Assembly (NCBI RefSeq): GCF_963921235.1
Contig: NC_086097.1
Location: forward strand, 145,144,001 to 145,208,000
Direction: 5' to 3'
Source: Mobula hypostoma
Taxonomy: Eukaryota
DNA length: 64,000 nt
Part shown: positions 38,488 through 51,928 of the stretch, in pieces
Numbering within the stretch: position 1 is the stretch's first letter
Layout: each line of letters opens with the position of its first letter
Translations under genes and position numbers: made by a program
The notes under the pieces: generated by a model
Told to the model about the DNA's origin: nothing
Database searches by the model: none
Seen by the model: only the letters and a program-made list of their open reading frames with translations

Positions 38488-39283
38488 AATCAGAATCAGA
38501 ATCAGGTTTATTATCACCGGCACGTGACATGAGATTTGTTAACTTAGCAGCAGCAGTTCAATGCAATACATAATCTAGCAGAGAGAGAGAAAAAATAATA
38601 ATAATAAATAAAATAAAATAAAACATAATAATAATAAATAATCAAGTAAATCAATTACATAAATCGAATCAATTTTTTAAAAAGCATAAAAACAGAAATA
38701 CTGTATATCAAAAAAGAGTGAGGTAGTGTCCAAAGCTTCAATGTCCATTTAGGAATCAGATGGCAGAGGGGAAGAAGCTGTTCCTGAATTGCTGAGTGTG
38801 TGCCTTCAGGCTTCTGTACCCCCTAGCTGATGGTAACAGTGAGAAAAGGGCATGCCCTGGGTGCTGGAGGTCCTTAATAATGGACACTGCCTTTCTGAGA
38901 CACCGCTCCCTAAAGATGTCCTGGGTACTTTGTAGGCTAGTGCCCAAGATGGAGCTGACTAGATTTACAACCTTCTGCAGCTTCTTTCGGTCCTGTGCAG
39001 TAGCACCTCCATACCAGACAGTGATGCAGCCTGTCAGAATGCTCTGTACAGTACAACTATAGAAGTTTTTGAGAGTATCTGTTGACATGCCAAATCTCTT
39101 CAAACACCTAATAAAGTATAGCCCCTGCCTTGCCTTCTTTATAACTACATCGATATGCTGGGACCAGGTTAGATCCTCAGAGATCTTGACACCCAGGAAT
39201 TTGAAACTGCTCACTTCTGATCCCTCTATGAGGATTGGTATGTGTTCCGTCGTCTTACCCTTCTTGAAGTCCACAAACAGCTG
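38488..39283 (-). mobile_element. Rex1/Babar-like LINE 3' fragment inserted in the Penelope-like element
   Basis: FKFLGVKISEDLTWSQH...KKARQGLYFIR...FRNSFFPSAI; (aatcag)n tail. Confidence 0.9.
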
Positions 39284-39384
39284 TATGCTAATCCCTTTCC
39301 TCAATTTCTTCATCTCAGCCACACTTGCTCCCAGGATGAGGCTTTCCTTTTTTCAAAGAACAGGGTTTCCCTCCCTCCACCATT

Positions 39385-42300
39385 AAAACATAGAAACATA
39401 GAAACATAGAAAATAGGTGCAGGAGTAGGCCATTCGGCCCTTCGAGCCTGCACCGCCATTTATTATGATCATGGCTGATCATCCAACTCAGAACCCCGCC
39501 CCAGCCTTCCCTCCATACCCCCTGACCCCCGTAGCCACAAGGGCCATATCTAACTCCCTCTTAAATATAGCCAATGAACTGGCCTCAACAGTTTCCTGTG
39601 GCAGAGAATTCCACAGATTCACCACTCTCTGTGTGAAGAAGTTTTTCCTAATCTCGGTCCTAAAAGGCTTCCCCTCTATCCTCAAACTGTGACCCCTCGT
39701 TCTGGACTTCCCCAACATCGGGAACAATCTTCCTGCATCTAGCCTGTCCAATCCCTTTAGGATCTTATACGTTTCAATCAAATCCCCCCTCAATCTTCTA
39801 AATTCCAACGAGTACAAGCCCAGTTCATCCAGTCTTTCTTCATATGAAAGTCCTGCCATCCCAGGAATCAATCTGGTGAACCTTCTTTGTACTCCCTCTA
39901 TGGCAAAGATGTCTTTCCTCAGATTAGGGGACCAAAACTGCACACAATACTCCAGGTGTGGTCTCACCAAGGCCTTGTACAACTGCAGTAGTACCTCCCT
40001 GCTCCTGTACTCGAATCCTCTCGCTATAAATGCCAGCATACCATTCGCCTTTTTCACCGCCTGCTGTACCTGCATGCCCACTTTCAATGACTGGTGTATA
40101 ATGACACCCAGGTCTCGTTGCACCTCCTCTTTTCCTAATTGGCCACCATTCAGATAATAATCTGTTTTCCTATTTTTGCCACCAAAGTGGATAACTTCAC
40201 ATTTATCCACATTAAATTGCATCTGCCATGAATTTGCCCACTCACCCAACCTATCCAAGTCACCCTGCATCCTCTTAGCATCCTCCTCACTGCTAACACT
40301 GCCACCCAGCTTCGTGTCATCCGCAAACTTGGAGATGCTGCATTTAATTCCCTCATCCAAGTCATTAATATATATTGTAAACAACTGGGGTCCCAGCACT
40401 GAGCCTTGCAGTACCCCACTAGTCACCGCCTGCCATTCTGAAAAGGTCCCGTTTATTCCCACTCTTTGCTTCCTGTCTGCTAACCAATTCTCCACCCACA
40501 CCAATACCTTACCCCCAATACCGTGTGCTTTAAGTTTGCACACTAATCTCCTGTGTGGGACCTTGTCAAAAGCCTTTTGAAAATCCAAATATACCACATC
40601 CACTGGTTCTCCCCTATCCACTCTACTAGTTACATCCTCAAAAAATTCTATGAGATTCGTCAGACATGATTTTCCTTTCACAAATCCATGCTGACTTTGT
40701 CCGATCATTTCATCGCTTTCCAAATGTGCTGTTATCACATCCTTGATAACTGACTCCAGCAGTTTCCCCACCACCGACGTTAGGCTAACCGGTCTATAAT
40801 TCCCCGGTTTCTCTCTCCCTCCTTTTTTAAAAAGTGGGGTTACATTAGCCACCCTCCAATCCTCAGGAACTAGTCCAGAATCTAACAAGTTTTGAAAAAT
40901 TATCACTAATGCATCCACTATTTCTTGGGCTACTTCCTTAAGCACTCTAGGATGCAGACCATCTGGCCCTGGGGATTTATCTGCCTTTAATCCCTTCAAT
41001 TTACCTAACACCACTTCCCTACTAACATGTATTTCGCTCAGTTCCTCCATCTCACTGGACCCTCTGTCCCTTACTATTTCTGGAAGATTATTTATGTCCT
41101 CCTTAGTGAAGACAGAACCAAAGTAATTATTCAATTGGTCTGCCATGTCCTTGCTCCCCATAATCAATTCACCTGTTTCTGTCTGCAGGGGACCTACATT
41201 TGTCTTTACCAGTCTTTTCCTTTTTACATATCTATAAAAGCTTTTACAGTCCGTTTTTATGTTCCCTGCCAGTTTTCTCTCATAATCTTTTTTCCCCTTC
41301 CTAATTAAGCCCTTTGTCCTCCTCTGCTGAACTCTGAATTTCTCCCAGTCCTCAGGTGAGCCACTTTCTCTGTCTAATTTGTATGCTTCTTCTTTGGAAT
41401 TGATACTATCCCTAATTTCTCTTGTCAGCCACGGGTGCACTACCTTCCTTGATTTATTCTTTTGCCAAACTGGGATGAACAATTGTTGTAGTTCATCCAT
41501 GCAACCTCTAAATGCTTGCCATTGCATATCCACCGTCAATCCTTTAAGTGTCATTTGCCAGTCTATCTTAGCTAATTCACGTCTCATACCTTCAAAGTTA
41601 CCCCTCTTTAAGTTCAGAACCTTTGTTTCTGAATTAACTATGTCACTCTCCATCTTAATGAAGAATTCCACCATATTATGGTCACTCTTACCCAAGGGGC
41701 CTCTCACGACAAGATTGCTAATTAACCCTTCCTCATTGCTCAAAACCCAGTCCAGAATAGCCTGCTCTCTAGTTGGTTCCTCGACATGTTGGTTCAAAAA
41801 ACCATCCCGCATACATTCCAAGAAATCCTCTTCCTCAGCACCTTTACCAATTTGGTTCACCCAGTCTACATGTAGATTGAAGTCACCCATTATAACTGCT
41901 GTTCCTTTATTGCACACATTTCTAATTTCCTGTTTAATACCATCTCCGACCTCACTACTACTGTTAGGTGGCCTGTACACAACTCCCACCAGCATCTTCT
42001 GCCCCTTAGTGTTACGCAGCTCTACCCATATCGATTCCACATCTTCCTGGCTTATGTCTTTCCTTTCTATTGCGTTAATCTCTTCTTTAACCAGCAACGC
42101 CACCCCACCTCCCCTTCCTTCATGTCTATCCCTCCTGAATATTGAATATCCCTGAACGTTGAGCTCCCATCCCTGGTCACCCTGGAGCCATGTCTCTGTG
42201 ATCCCAACTATATCATAATCATTAATAACAATCTGCACTTTCAATTCATCCACCTTATTACGAATGCTCCTTGCATTGACACATAAAGCCTTCAGGCGCT

Positions 42301-42470
42301 CTTTTACAACTCTCATAGCCCTTATACAATTATGTTGAAAAGTGGCCCTTTTTAATGCTTGTCCTGGATTTGTCGGCCTGCCACTTTTACTTTTCTCCTT
42401 TGTACTTTTTGCATCTACCCTCACTTTACACCCCTCTGTCTCTCTGCACTGGTTCCCATCCCTCTGTTGT
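39385..42470 (-). mobile_element. Young CR1 (subfamily A), truncated just upstream of ORF2
   Basis: (catagaaa)n tail; uninterrupted APE+RT frame. Confidence 0.96.
39488..42320 (-). CDS. CR1 ORF2 (APE endonuclease plus reverse transcriptase), open frame; true start uncertain
   Basis: CVNARSIRNK, ITETWL, YRPP, MGDFN, SDH, LDFQKAFD, FADD; no stops; GVPQG is GVLQG in this copy. Confidence 0.88.
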
Positions 42471-43433
42471 GATGCTGCCTTCACCCACATCTCCTCCATT
42501 TCCCAGACATCCATGCTCACACCATCTTCCCAGCATGTTAATAGGGTACGAGTTCCTCCTGTCCTCACCTACAACCCCATATGCATTCAGAAGATCATTC
42601 TTTGCAACCTCTGCCATCTACAATGAGCTCCTACCACCAAACACATCTTTACCTACCCCCCCCCCACACTACTCTCTGCTTTCCACAGGGATGACTCCCT
42701 CTGTGATTCCCTTGTGCATTCATCCCTCCCCACTAATTTCCCTCCTGGCACATATCCCTGTAAGTGACAGAAATCGTACACCTGCACATTTACCCCCCTC
42801 CCTTACTTCCATTCAGAGCCCCAAACAGTCCTTCCAGGTGAGGCAACAATTCACCTGCAAATATGCTGGGGAGGTCCATTATATCCGGTGCTCCTGATGC
42901 AGCTTCCTCTACATTGGTGAGACCCAATGTAAATTGTGGGACTGCTTTGTCCAGCACCTATGCTCCATCTGCCAAAAGCGAAATTTCTCATTTTAATTCC
43001 TATCCCCATTCCCGTTCCAACAGGTTGATCCATGGCCTTCTCTTTTGCCACAATGAAGCCGCTCTCAGAGTAGAGGAGCAGCAACTCATATTTTGTTTAG
43101 GTAGCCTCAAACCTGATGGCATGAACATCGATTTCTCCTTCTGGTATTTCTTCTTCCCTTGTCTTCTTCCCCACTCTGGCGCCACTCTTAACTCTTCACC
43201 TCCTCACATCTCCCCCCTGGTGCCCATCCTTCTTCCCTTTCTCCCATGGTCTACTCTCCTTTCCAGTCAGATTCCTTCTTTTCAACCTTTTATCCTTTCC
43301 AACCCACCTAGATTCAGCTAACCGCCTTCTAGCTAGTCCTCCTTCTCCTCCCCTCCCCACTTTTTTATTCTGGAACCTTCCTCCTTCCTGGCTAATCCTG
43401 AAGGAGGATCTCAGCCCAAAACGTCCACTGTTT

Positions 43434-44022
43434 TTAGATTATGAAGACACGCAGTCCTCTTTTATTGTCATTTAGTAATGCATGCATTAAGAAATGATAT
43501 AATATTTCCTCCGGTGTGATATCACAAAACACAGGACAAACCAAGACTGAAAAAACTGACAAAATCACATAATTATAACAAATATTTACAACAGTGCAAC
43601 AATACCACAACTTGATGAAGAAGTCCATGAGCACAGTAAAGTTCAAAGTCTCTAAAAATGTCCCACATCTCACGCAGACGAGAGAAGGAAGAAAAACTCT
43701 CCCTACCATGCCGACCACAATCCGACTCTGAGTCATCCGAAAACTTCGAGCTCTGATCAGCTCTCCGACACGGAGTACTGTGCGCCATCTCTGTCCGAAC
43801 GATTCGACTTCAATCTCGGTCGCCAACAGCAGGCAAAGCCAGGGATTTTGAGGCCTAGCCTCGGAAAGATTCCTGACCGCGCAGTAACGACAGCAGCAAA
43901 CGAGCGTTTCAGAAATTTCTCCAGATGTTCCTCTGTACTTTCACGTCCCTCTCCATCAAATCAGAATTGTCTACGGCCCCTATTTAACGGATACGATATT
44001 ATTTTTCACCGGAGGGCTGCGC
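43434..44022 (-). mobile_element. Family X, copy 2
   Basis: Reverse-complement homologue of 1259-1870; abuts the Penelope-like terminus. Confidence 0.85.
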
Positions 44023-44293
44023 AAACAATAATTTAGTTATTATTCTCTGTACACTCTCTGAATTTAAATCATTTACAATATTATTCCCAATCAAACAGTT
44101 TCAATGCCTAAACTGATGTGAATTGATGTACACCAATAACTTTCCCAATAAACTGAACAAGACAGAATCCTGTAATTTGGGGAGCCAAGTCTCTGTTGGC
44201 CTGCAGATAAAGTGAAAAAAGCAATCAATTCATGACAAATTACCTTTAAATAATGAGCTATTCACTTTATCTCTGTTGTAGGTGAAAGAATAG

Positions 44294-44496
44294 TGTTCAA
44301 AGTAAATTTATTATCAAAGTATATATATGTCACCATATACCACCCTCAGATTCATTTTCTTGTGGGCATACTCAATAAATCCATAATAGAATAATAACCA
44401 TAATAGAATCAATGAAAGACTGCACCAACTGGGCATTCAACCAATGTACAAAAGACAACAGACTGTGCAAATACAAAAATAAAAAAGTAATAACAA

Positions 44497-44528
<32 letters not shown>

Positions 44529-45090
44529 AAATAAATAAATAAATAAGCAATACATATCAAGAACATGAGATGAAGTGTACTTGAAAGTGAGTCCATAGGT
44601 TGTGGGAACACCTCAGTGATGGGGCAAGAGAAGTTGGAGAAGTTATCCCCTTTGGTTCAAGAGCCTGATGGTTGAGGGGTCATTCCAGTTCTTGAACCTG
44701 GTGGTGTGAATGCTGAGGCTACAGTACCTTCTTCCTGATGGCAGCAGTGAGAAGAAAGTATCGCCTGGATGTTGGGGTTCCCTGATGATTGCTGCTGTTT
44801 TCCTGCAACAACGCCCCGTGTGGATGTGCTCAATGGTGGGGAGGGCTTTACCCATGATGGACTGGGCTGTATGCACTACTTTTTGAAGGATTTTTCATTC
44901 AAGGGCATTACTTTCTACATTCCAGGCTGTGATGCAGCCAGTCAGCATACTGTCCACCACACATCTATATAAGTTTGTCAAAGTTTTAAATGTCATACCA
45001 AACCTTTACAAGCTCCTATAGAAGTAGAAGTAGTGTTGTGCTTTCTTTGCAATTTCACTTACGTGCTGGACACAAGGCAGGTCCTCTGAA
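44294..45090 (-). mobile_element. Rex1/Babar-like LINE 3' fragment
   Basis: TAQSIMGKALPTIEHI...LLPSGRRYCSL; (caat)n(aaat)n microsatellite in the 3' UTR. Confidence 0.8.
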
Positions 45091-48000
45091 ATGAAATGAT
45101 AATCAAAATGCCATTTGATTGCATTGTCAGGGACTTCTTATTTTCCTCTGCTGTTGATTGAGAGTAGATTGATTAGATGGTATTCAGCAAGATAGTACTT
45201 TTCCTTTGAAAGTTCAAAGTTTAAAGTTCAAAGTGAGGGCTAATAACTAGTAAATAGTGATGTGGATTGTGCTAATGTGGTAACAGAAAACCGCAAACAA
45301 AAATAGAGACTTGAAATGCAATGATAACACCCAAGTTTCAGGAACTTCACTAATTATGTTACAGCATACACACATAGTTGTAATAGAAAATTGGATTTAT
45401 TGTTAGACCTGCGAGTAACCATTTTATTCTGTAATCTGAATTTAGTCTGCTACTCAATTAAGTCTTTCTGTAGCCATTATTTTCTTATGAAAATGTAGTT
45501 TTACTGGTAATCTCATCAACTGAGAATGTAAAAGCTGTACCAAATTCATGCTCAGATAGGTCCATTTTGGCTGGTCTGGTGCACACTAGTTTTTTAATAA
45601 ATCGCTCATTATTTCAAGCACCAACTCTGTGTGATCTTTCAGTTTGCTCCTACAATCTCTTATTTTTCTGTAATTATTATGATTGTTTTCTGGAGATTTA
45701 AAGCAAATGCGCTTCCCTTTAAAATGTCCAATGCAAAGTCACTGCAGAAAATGATTGCTTCAAAAGGGTGTCACAGACACCAAGCTGTGGCACTTAAACT
45801 GAGCAATGCAGGGTATAGGATACAGCCATGACACACAGTCCAGGTCACTATCCCACACCCTGCAGAGTAGAAAGAAGGAAAATAGAGAAAGTAAGAAGGA
45901 AGGAGAAAAGATTAATTATTCCTTCTAATCTGATAAATCAGTGCAGAACTCAGTGCCAATACTTTTCGTGATTTTGTGAAGTCAGAGTTAGAACAAAACC
46001 TTAGCTAACTGTTCAAATGAATGTAACAGATCTCTATGCAGTTTCTTTGATAAAAACATCAGAGCTGAACAAATTAATCCCTCATCCAAAACAAACAAAA
46101 ATAGATTAACTGGCCACTCATAGTGTCATAAAGCAATCTGATTCTTTCATATTAGTACTTTTGATTCGTATTACTGTTCCATGGTATGAACAGTATGCTG
46201 GAAAAACAAAAAGCAGGTGCAAGGTATTTTTAAAATCTTTTCTAAATTATCCTGGACAAAATGTACGCCTAGTACAAAATCACTAATAGCAGATTGTCTG
46301 GTTTTGGGAGCTTGCACTGCCGAGATTAAAAGCCAGGTCTCCCAGTATTCTTAAAGCGACCATAAGTTTATTGTAAAGTTAATCAGCATGCCCTGCGGTT
46401 GTGAAAACAAGTAACAGACATGCATGCCCTTCTTTCTAAATTTGGGGGAATTACCTTATTGTTTGGTCTCTACTTGATTTGATGCAACGAAGTGGAAAGA
46501 TAATTGTGAATTTCTTAGTTTCACTCAGTCTACTCTTCCTTTGCTCATTTCCATGTTAATTCTTAATTCTGGTAATTTGAGGCAACTGTGAGAGCACAAC
46601 ATTTTCTGCAAGTGCTTTTTTTTAAGGTGATTTTATTATTGCAGTGGCACACTGGATGGTATAGCCATTAGATCACCCCTTTATAGCATATATATGCCAA
46701 ATCATAGCTAGCTCTGAATGAACCATTCAGTTCAATACTGGGTCAAACATATCCAGATGAGGACTGAATTGAAAACTGGTATATGGTATTCATGTATCTG
46801 AACCAAAAATTTTGAATCCGGATATTAACTAATTTCCCACAAATCAGCCCTCTACAATTTGTGAGATGATAAATACCAGCTGGAATTTCATTAACCCAAT
46901 CCTGTCAACAGATTGGACTATATGTGACATGTCACAGTGGATGCATTATCAGAACCCACATACGATGACACCAATAGAGACACTGATGACACTCTTGAGT
47001 GAGATAATGGGTGAAATTTACTCTTATAAAGCCTTCACCCAGCACATCAGAATCCCCAGGAGAAGAGGACGGAAAACTGAAGGGGGAAAATAATTATGTT
47101 CAAAATGAAATACAGGAAATATGACAGAGCTATGACTGCAGGTTCTATGAAAACATAATAAATTGCTCAATCTGGAGGAATATCATTACTCAACTTGGAA
47201 TTTTTACAGTTCAAATTTGAGTTACTGGTGCAGTTGTGTAGCTAGAAAAACACAGGGTTGTTCATTTGGCAAGAAGTAGAGTTGTGAGGGAACAGGTAAA
47301 TATCTGAGCAAACCGAAGGATGTTAGCTTCCAATATAATATCATCAAGTTCAAGTCACCATGGTGGTCTGATACCTTCAACTCTTAAAATAATGAGTTTA
47401 TCATCATTAACATCGTTTCTCATGTTTCTGATAACTTGATACTGTGTTTAATTCCAACTATGCTACCTAATGATGGTGGGTCTGTCTGGAAACTCTGCAG
47501 CTGTGCTTGGCAAGTCACTGTGAGCCCTAAGGGAAGTCTCAGCGTTGAATGCCTCCTGGTATGCTGTAAAGCCATTCAAATAATAAAGGTCACTTACGAT
47601 GCCTCTGGGCAATTAAAAACCATATCGTGGAATTTAGCTAGGAAAAGCCCATTGCCTTTGCACTGTGCATACCAATGAAGAGTGAGAAAGACAATGCTCA
47701 AATAGGAAAGGAAGATTCACAATCACAGGTGGGATCAAAGGTTCCATCAATTCTTGTTAAGGTGCTCATTCATACTGTCGTTGATTACAAAGCATTGTTG
47801 GCTATACAGGTCTTCATTCATGCCATGGCAGTCTCAAGAATCTAGCAGTGAACAGCCTCTTTCTTGAAATGTCTGTGATACCGATTATCACATTTCCAAA
47901 CAGATTGTCACAGGCTACTGTTGTTGAATTATCAAATTTACTCCAATATAACACTTGTATAGATGTAGAGAATATAATCCATTTGAGGACAATTTTCCTA

Positions 48001-48342
48001 TAACAACTATGGAGGTGACAAAGAGTCCAATATCAGAGCAAGTGTATGACTATACTCTGAGCGGTAAGATTGATCTGAACATGTTTGGGCAGGAGTATAA
48101 AAACTTTCCATCATAAACATCACAAACTATGCGTGAGGTAAAGCATGTGGGATCACGTATAACCACACTAGAGAAAATCTTATATCTAATCTTGGGACTC
48201 ATGGTTTTCTTGAGCAGATTTTATGTGATAGCAGTTCACAGTGTTGGTTATTCCAATGTAAATAGCTTTAAAAATGAAATGAGATCAAACATTGCTTCTA
48301 TCACCTTATTACTCATTATTGAAGCTGACAGTCCTACGTCAG

Positions 48343-48690
48343 AGAGTCATAGAGACATACAGCATGGAAACAGGCACTTTGGTCCACTGAATCCACTTCC
48401 ATCTTCAGTGACCCATTTCCACTAGCCCTGCATTAACCCCATTTTTTTTTATTTTTGTTACATTCTCATTAGCTTTCAGTTAGATTCTACAACTTATGAT
48501 TGCACTAGAAGCAACTCAGAGTGGCCAATTAACCTATCAAACTGCACATCTTTGGGATGTGGGAAGGAACCAAAGGAAATGGCATGATCACAAGGGAAAC
48601 AGGCAAACTTCACACAGACAGGTCAAGATTGAACTACAGCCTCTGTCGCTGTGAGGCATGGGCTCCACTAAGCTGTATCACTGCACTGCT
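48343..48690 (-). mobile_element. HE1-like V-SINE with CR1-type tail
   Basis: tRNA-like head at right, V-domain (cacatctttgggatgtgggaaggaacc...caaacttcacacagac), CR1 tail catagagacatacagcatggaaacagg at left. Confidence 0.65.
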
Positions 48691-49154
48691 CCAATAAGTA
48701 TGTGCGTGGACTTTAGCAACAACTTACTTTGCTTTTATAAATTTGTTCTTGGCTCCTTCTAAAAATCTAAGCCATGCTGGTGGAAACTCCAAACCTGGAG
48801 CCTTAAAACTGCTATTCATTTTTTTCTTGGCCTATACATGTAGTAAAAGAGACGTTGAAGAAACAAGTCATCTAAAGCTTATTAGGTCTTAAAGCAACGA
48901 CTTACTGATTTCCTTAAGATCCGCACTCCATAACAGAATACCATGTTTGGGTATGGAATATTCTCAACATATTTGAGAATTATTTAACTAAATATGAAAG
49001 GATAAGAAGAAGAAGGAGACAATTGTAATAAAGAATGAAGGTTTAGTTAATGAGAAGGTTTGTGTGCTAACACTGCGAGAGGGGAAGATAGCAAACCAGA
49101 GACACTATAATAGAGATATGCAAGATTTATCATATTATCATTATCATCTTCTGT

Positions 49155-49781
49155 AGACAAAGTGTGATGAATCTGTGGATTTCATTGCCACAGATGACTG
49201 TGGAGGCCAAGCCACTGGGTATATTTAAAGTGGAAGTTAACAGGTTCTAGATTAGTAAGAGCATCAAAGATTAAGGGGAAAGGCAGGAGAATAAGATTGA
49301 GGGGGAAAATTAATCAGCTATGATTGTTTGGTGGAACAGACTTTTTTTCTTGTCCTATACGATGTCTCAGAAAGGCAGTGTCCATTATTAAGGACCTCCA
49401 GCACCCAGGACATGTCCTTTTCTCACTGTTACCATAAGGCAGGAGGTACAGAAGCCTGAAGACACATACTCAGCCATTCAGGGACAACCTCTTCCCTTCT
49501 GCCATCTGATTCCTAAATGGACATTGAACTCTTGAGCACTACTTCACTTTTTAAATATATATTATTTCTGTTTTTTGCACGATTTTTTAATCTATTCAAT
49601 ATACATATACTGTAATTGATTTACTTATTTTTTTCTTTTATATTATGTATTGGATTGAACTGCTGCTGCTAAATTAACAAATTTCATGACACATGCTAGT
49701 GATAATAAACCTGATTCTAATTCTGATTCAGACTTGATGGGTTATGTGGGCTAATTCAGTTCCTGTGTCTTATGGTCTTAT
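49155..49781 (+). mobile_element. CR1 3' remnant split by a Rex1-like insert (49344-49728, 7-bp TSD)
   Basis: cagactt at 49337-49343 and 49729-49735; insert is the same family as 38488-39283. Confidence 0.8.
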
Positions 49782-50797
49782 ATACAGATAGGCAAGAGAT
49801 TCAGAAAAATTACATGTAGACAATTTAATTACAGCATAATCTACTCAGGAGGAAGGTAATGAGTCTGAATATACTGCTAAATTGTTGAAGAGAGATGATG
49901 CAGAACATAACTGAAGAAAGTCAAGAAGTTATACACTTAATGAGTCCATAGATGGGTGCTGCATCATCTTCAGTTGAGTCTCTAATGTCCACACAAGCAG
50001 CACAAGTAGACCTTCAAATGTAAAGATAATTTTAAACGTATTTTATAAATTAAATGTAAAATTCTAAATGTTGTTTGATTAATTTCTCAGTTTCTTTATT
50101 AAATGTAGAAAATTGTTCATGTGTGTGCCCTTAAATAAACCAGGCACATTTTCGAGGCTGCCCTATGTTTCATGTGTATTAGTCTGCAAAATCCAAATGT
50201 TACTCTATGAGAAACTAAGAGCCCTCATGGGCTTATATATTACATAATAGATTTTTGTTACGGGGAAGAGTGGTGCCTGATATACCAAACTCCTAATAAA
50301 GATGGGGAAAGTACAGAAATCCTCATAGTTTGTTTAAAAAAAATCCCTCTGTTGATTTAAATAAATCTCGATAGCTCTGAGTATCTACTTGTGGGGTCTA
50401 TCATTTTTGATCGCCCTCACAAATTTTGTAAAGACTTCCAATCCAGTAACTCTCTGAGAGCCCCTTCAATTCTAGTCCAGTGGAACTACAGCCAAAGAAA
50501 TTTAAACTCAGTCAATAAATAAAACTTGTAAAACTCTAAATGTTGTTCAAGCAGTTTCTCTATTTTTTTTAAATGGAGAAAATTTTTCAATGTGTGTGCA
50601 GAAAAGATATCAGCATAAAAGCTCCTGGATGATTATTATAAATACAGTTTCAAGGAAGAGACACAGTCACTCAGCCAAAGTTTAACATCCATTCTCATGT
50701 CAACATGACCTGATCCTGTCAGAGACATTTCCAAACGCGGTCTTCCCCAAATTCTCTGCTAACAGAGGCTAACTTATTTTCTCTCAGCTCTGATGAA

Positions 50798-51928
50798 GAC
50801 TGCTGTTTATTGATTACAGCTTAGCATTCAACACAGTTGCACTTTTAGTTCTAATCGACAAACTCCAAAACCTGGGCCTCTGTACCTCCCCCTGCAACTG
50901 GATAATGATTTCTTCATTAGGGGACCACAGTCAGTGGGAATCAGAAATAACATCTCCTCCTCACTGCACACCTCTAGGATGCATGCTTACCCCACTGTTC
51001 TACTCTCTTCACACCCACAATTGTGTGGCTAGGCACAGCTCAAAAACCACCTATAAATTTGTTGATGACACAACCGTTGTTGGCAGAATTTCAGATGGTG
51101 GCGAGGAGGCGTACAGGAACAAGATGGATCAGCTGGTTGAGTGGTGTCACAGCAACAACCTTGCACTCATTGTCAATAAGACCAAGGAATTCAGGAAGGG
51201 GAAGTTATGAAACTCACACCAGTCCTCATCGAGGGATCAGCAGTGGAAAGGCTGAGCAGTTTCATGTTTCTGGGTGTCAACATCTCTGAAGATCTGTCCT
51301 GGGCCCAACATATTGATGCAATTACAAAGAAGGCACAACAGCATCTATATTTCATCAGGAGTTTGAGGACCCCTGGTACGTCAGCAAATACTCAAACAAG
51401 TTTCTACGGGGTACTGCAGAGAACATCCGAACTGGTTGTGCTACCATCTTGTATGGAGAGGCCACTGCACAGGATCAGAAAGTTGTAAACTCAGCCAGCT
51501 CCATCATGGGCACTAGCCTTCCCAGCATCGAGGACCTCTTCAAAAGCCAATGCCTCTAGAAAGCAGCATCCACCATTAAGGACCCCCATCACCCAGGATA
51601 TGCCCTCTTCTCATTTTTACCACCAAGGAGGTAGGAGGCACAGGAGCCTGAAGACACACACTCGAAGTGTCAGGAACAGCTTCTTCCCCTCTGCCATCTG
51701 ATTTCTGAATGGGCAATGAACACACGAACACTACCTCACTATTTTTACGCTACTTACTTAATTTTATATACTAACGTTTGTGTGTATATATATGTATGTA
51801 TGTGTGTGTGTATTTCTTATTGTAATTTATAGCTTTTTTATTATTATATAATGCAACATAATACTGCTGTTGCAAAACAACTAATTTCACAACATATGCC
51901 AGTGATATTAAACCTGGATTCTGATTCG
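50798..51928 (+). mobile_element. Rex1/Babar-like RT 3' fragment
   Basis: LFIDYSLAFNTV, KFVDDTTVVG, FMFLGVNISEDLSWAQH; ctgattc tail. Confidence 0.85.

Larger units (their letters stand above)
38262..43433 (+). mobile_element. Penelope-like element (RT C-terminus plus GIY-YIG) in three pieces: 38262-38490, 39285-39384, 42471-43433
   Basis: FINFASNFHPGLKF..., FYKPTDSHSYLDYTSSHP, RVPPVLTYNP, FQVRQQFTC...YIRCS*CSFLYIGET (GIY-YIG), degenerate hammerhead-like motif at 43394-43429. Confidence 0.85.

Noticed and set aside
41379..42155. Antisense ORFs over CR1 and Gypsy coding regions (also 7725-8129, 40176-40580, 31528-31995, 55303-55695)
   Set aside because: Shadow frames of TE ORFs with no independent evidence
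42471..42568. N-terminal extension of the 1026-aa ORF as a novel fusion protein
   Set aside because: It is antisense Penelope sequence that happens to be in frame with the truncated CR1
43394..43429. Functional hammerhead at the end of the Penelope-like element
   Set aside because: Both core boxes are mutated (ctgaagg for CTGANGA, aaaa for GAAA)
44498..44546. (caat)n(aaat)n microsatellite as an independent feature
   Set aside because: Lies within the Rex1-like 3' UTR; the equivalent tract occurs at ~19317-19355
47598..47637. Possible 40-nt minus-strand exon (cttttcctag ... gtaagtg)
   Set aside because: Short pyrimidine tract, no recognisable peptide and no partner exon; such motifs occur by chance
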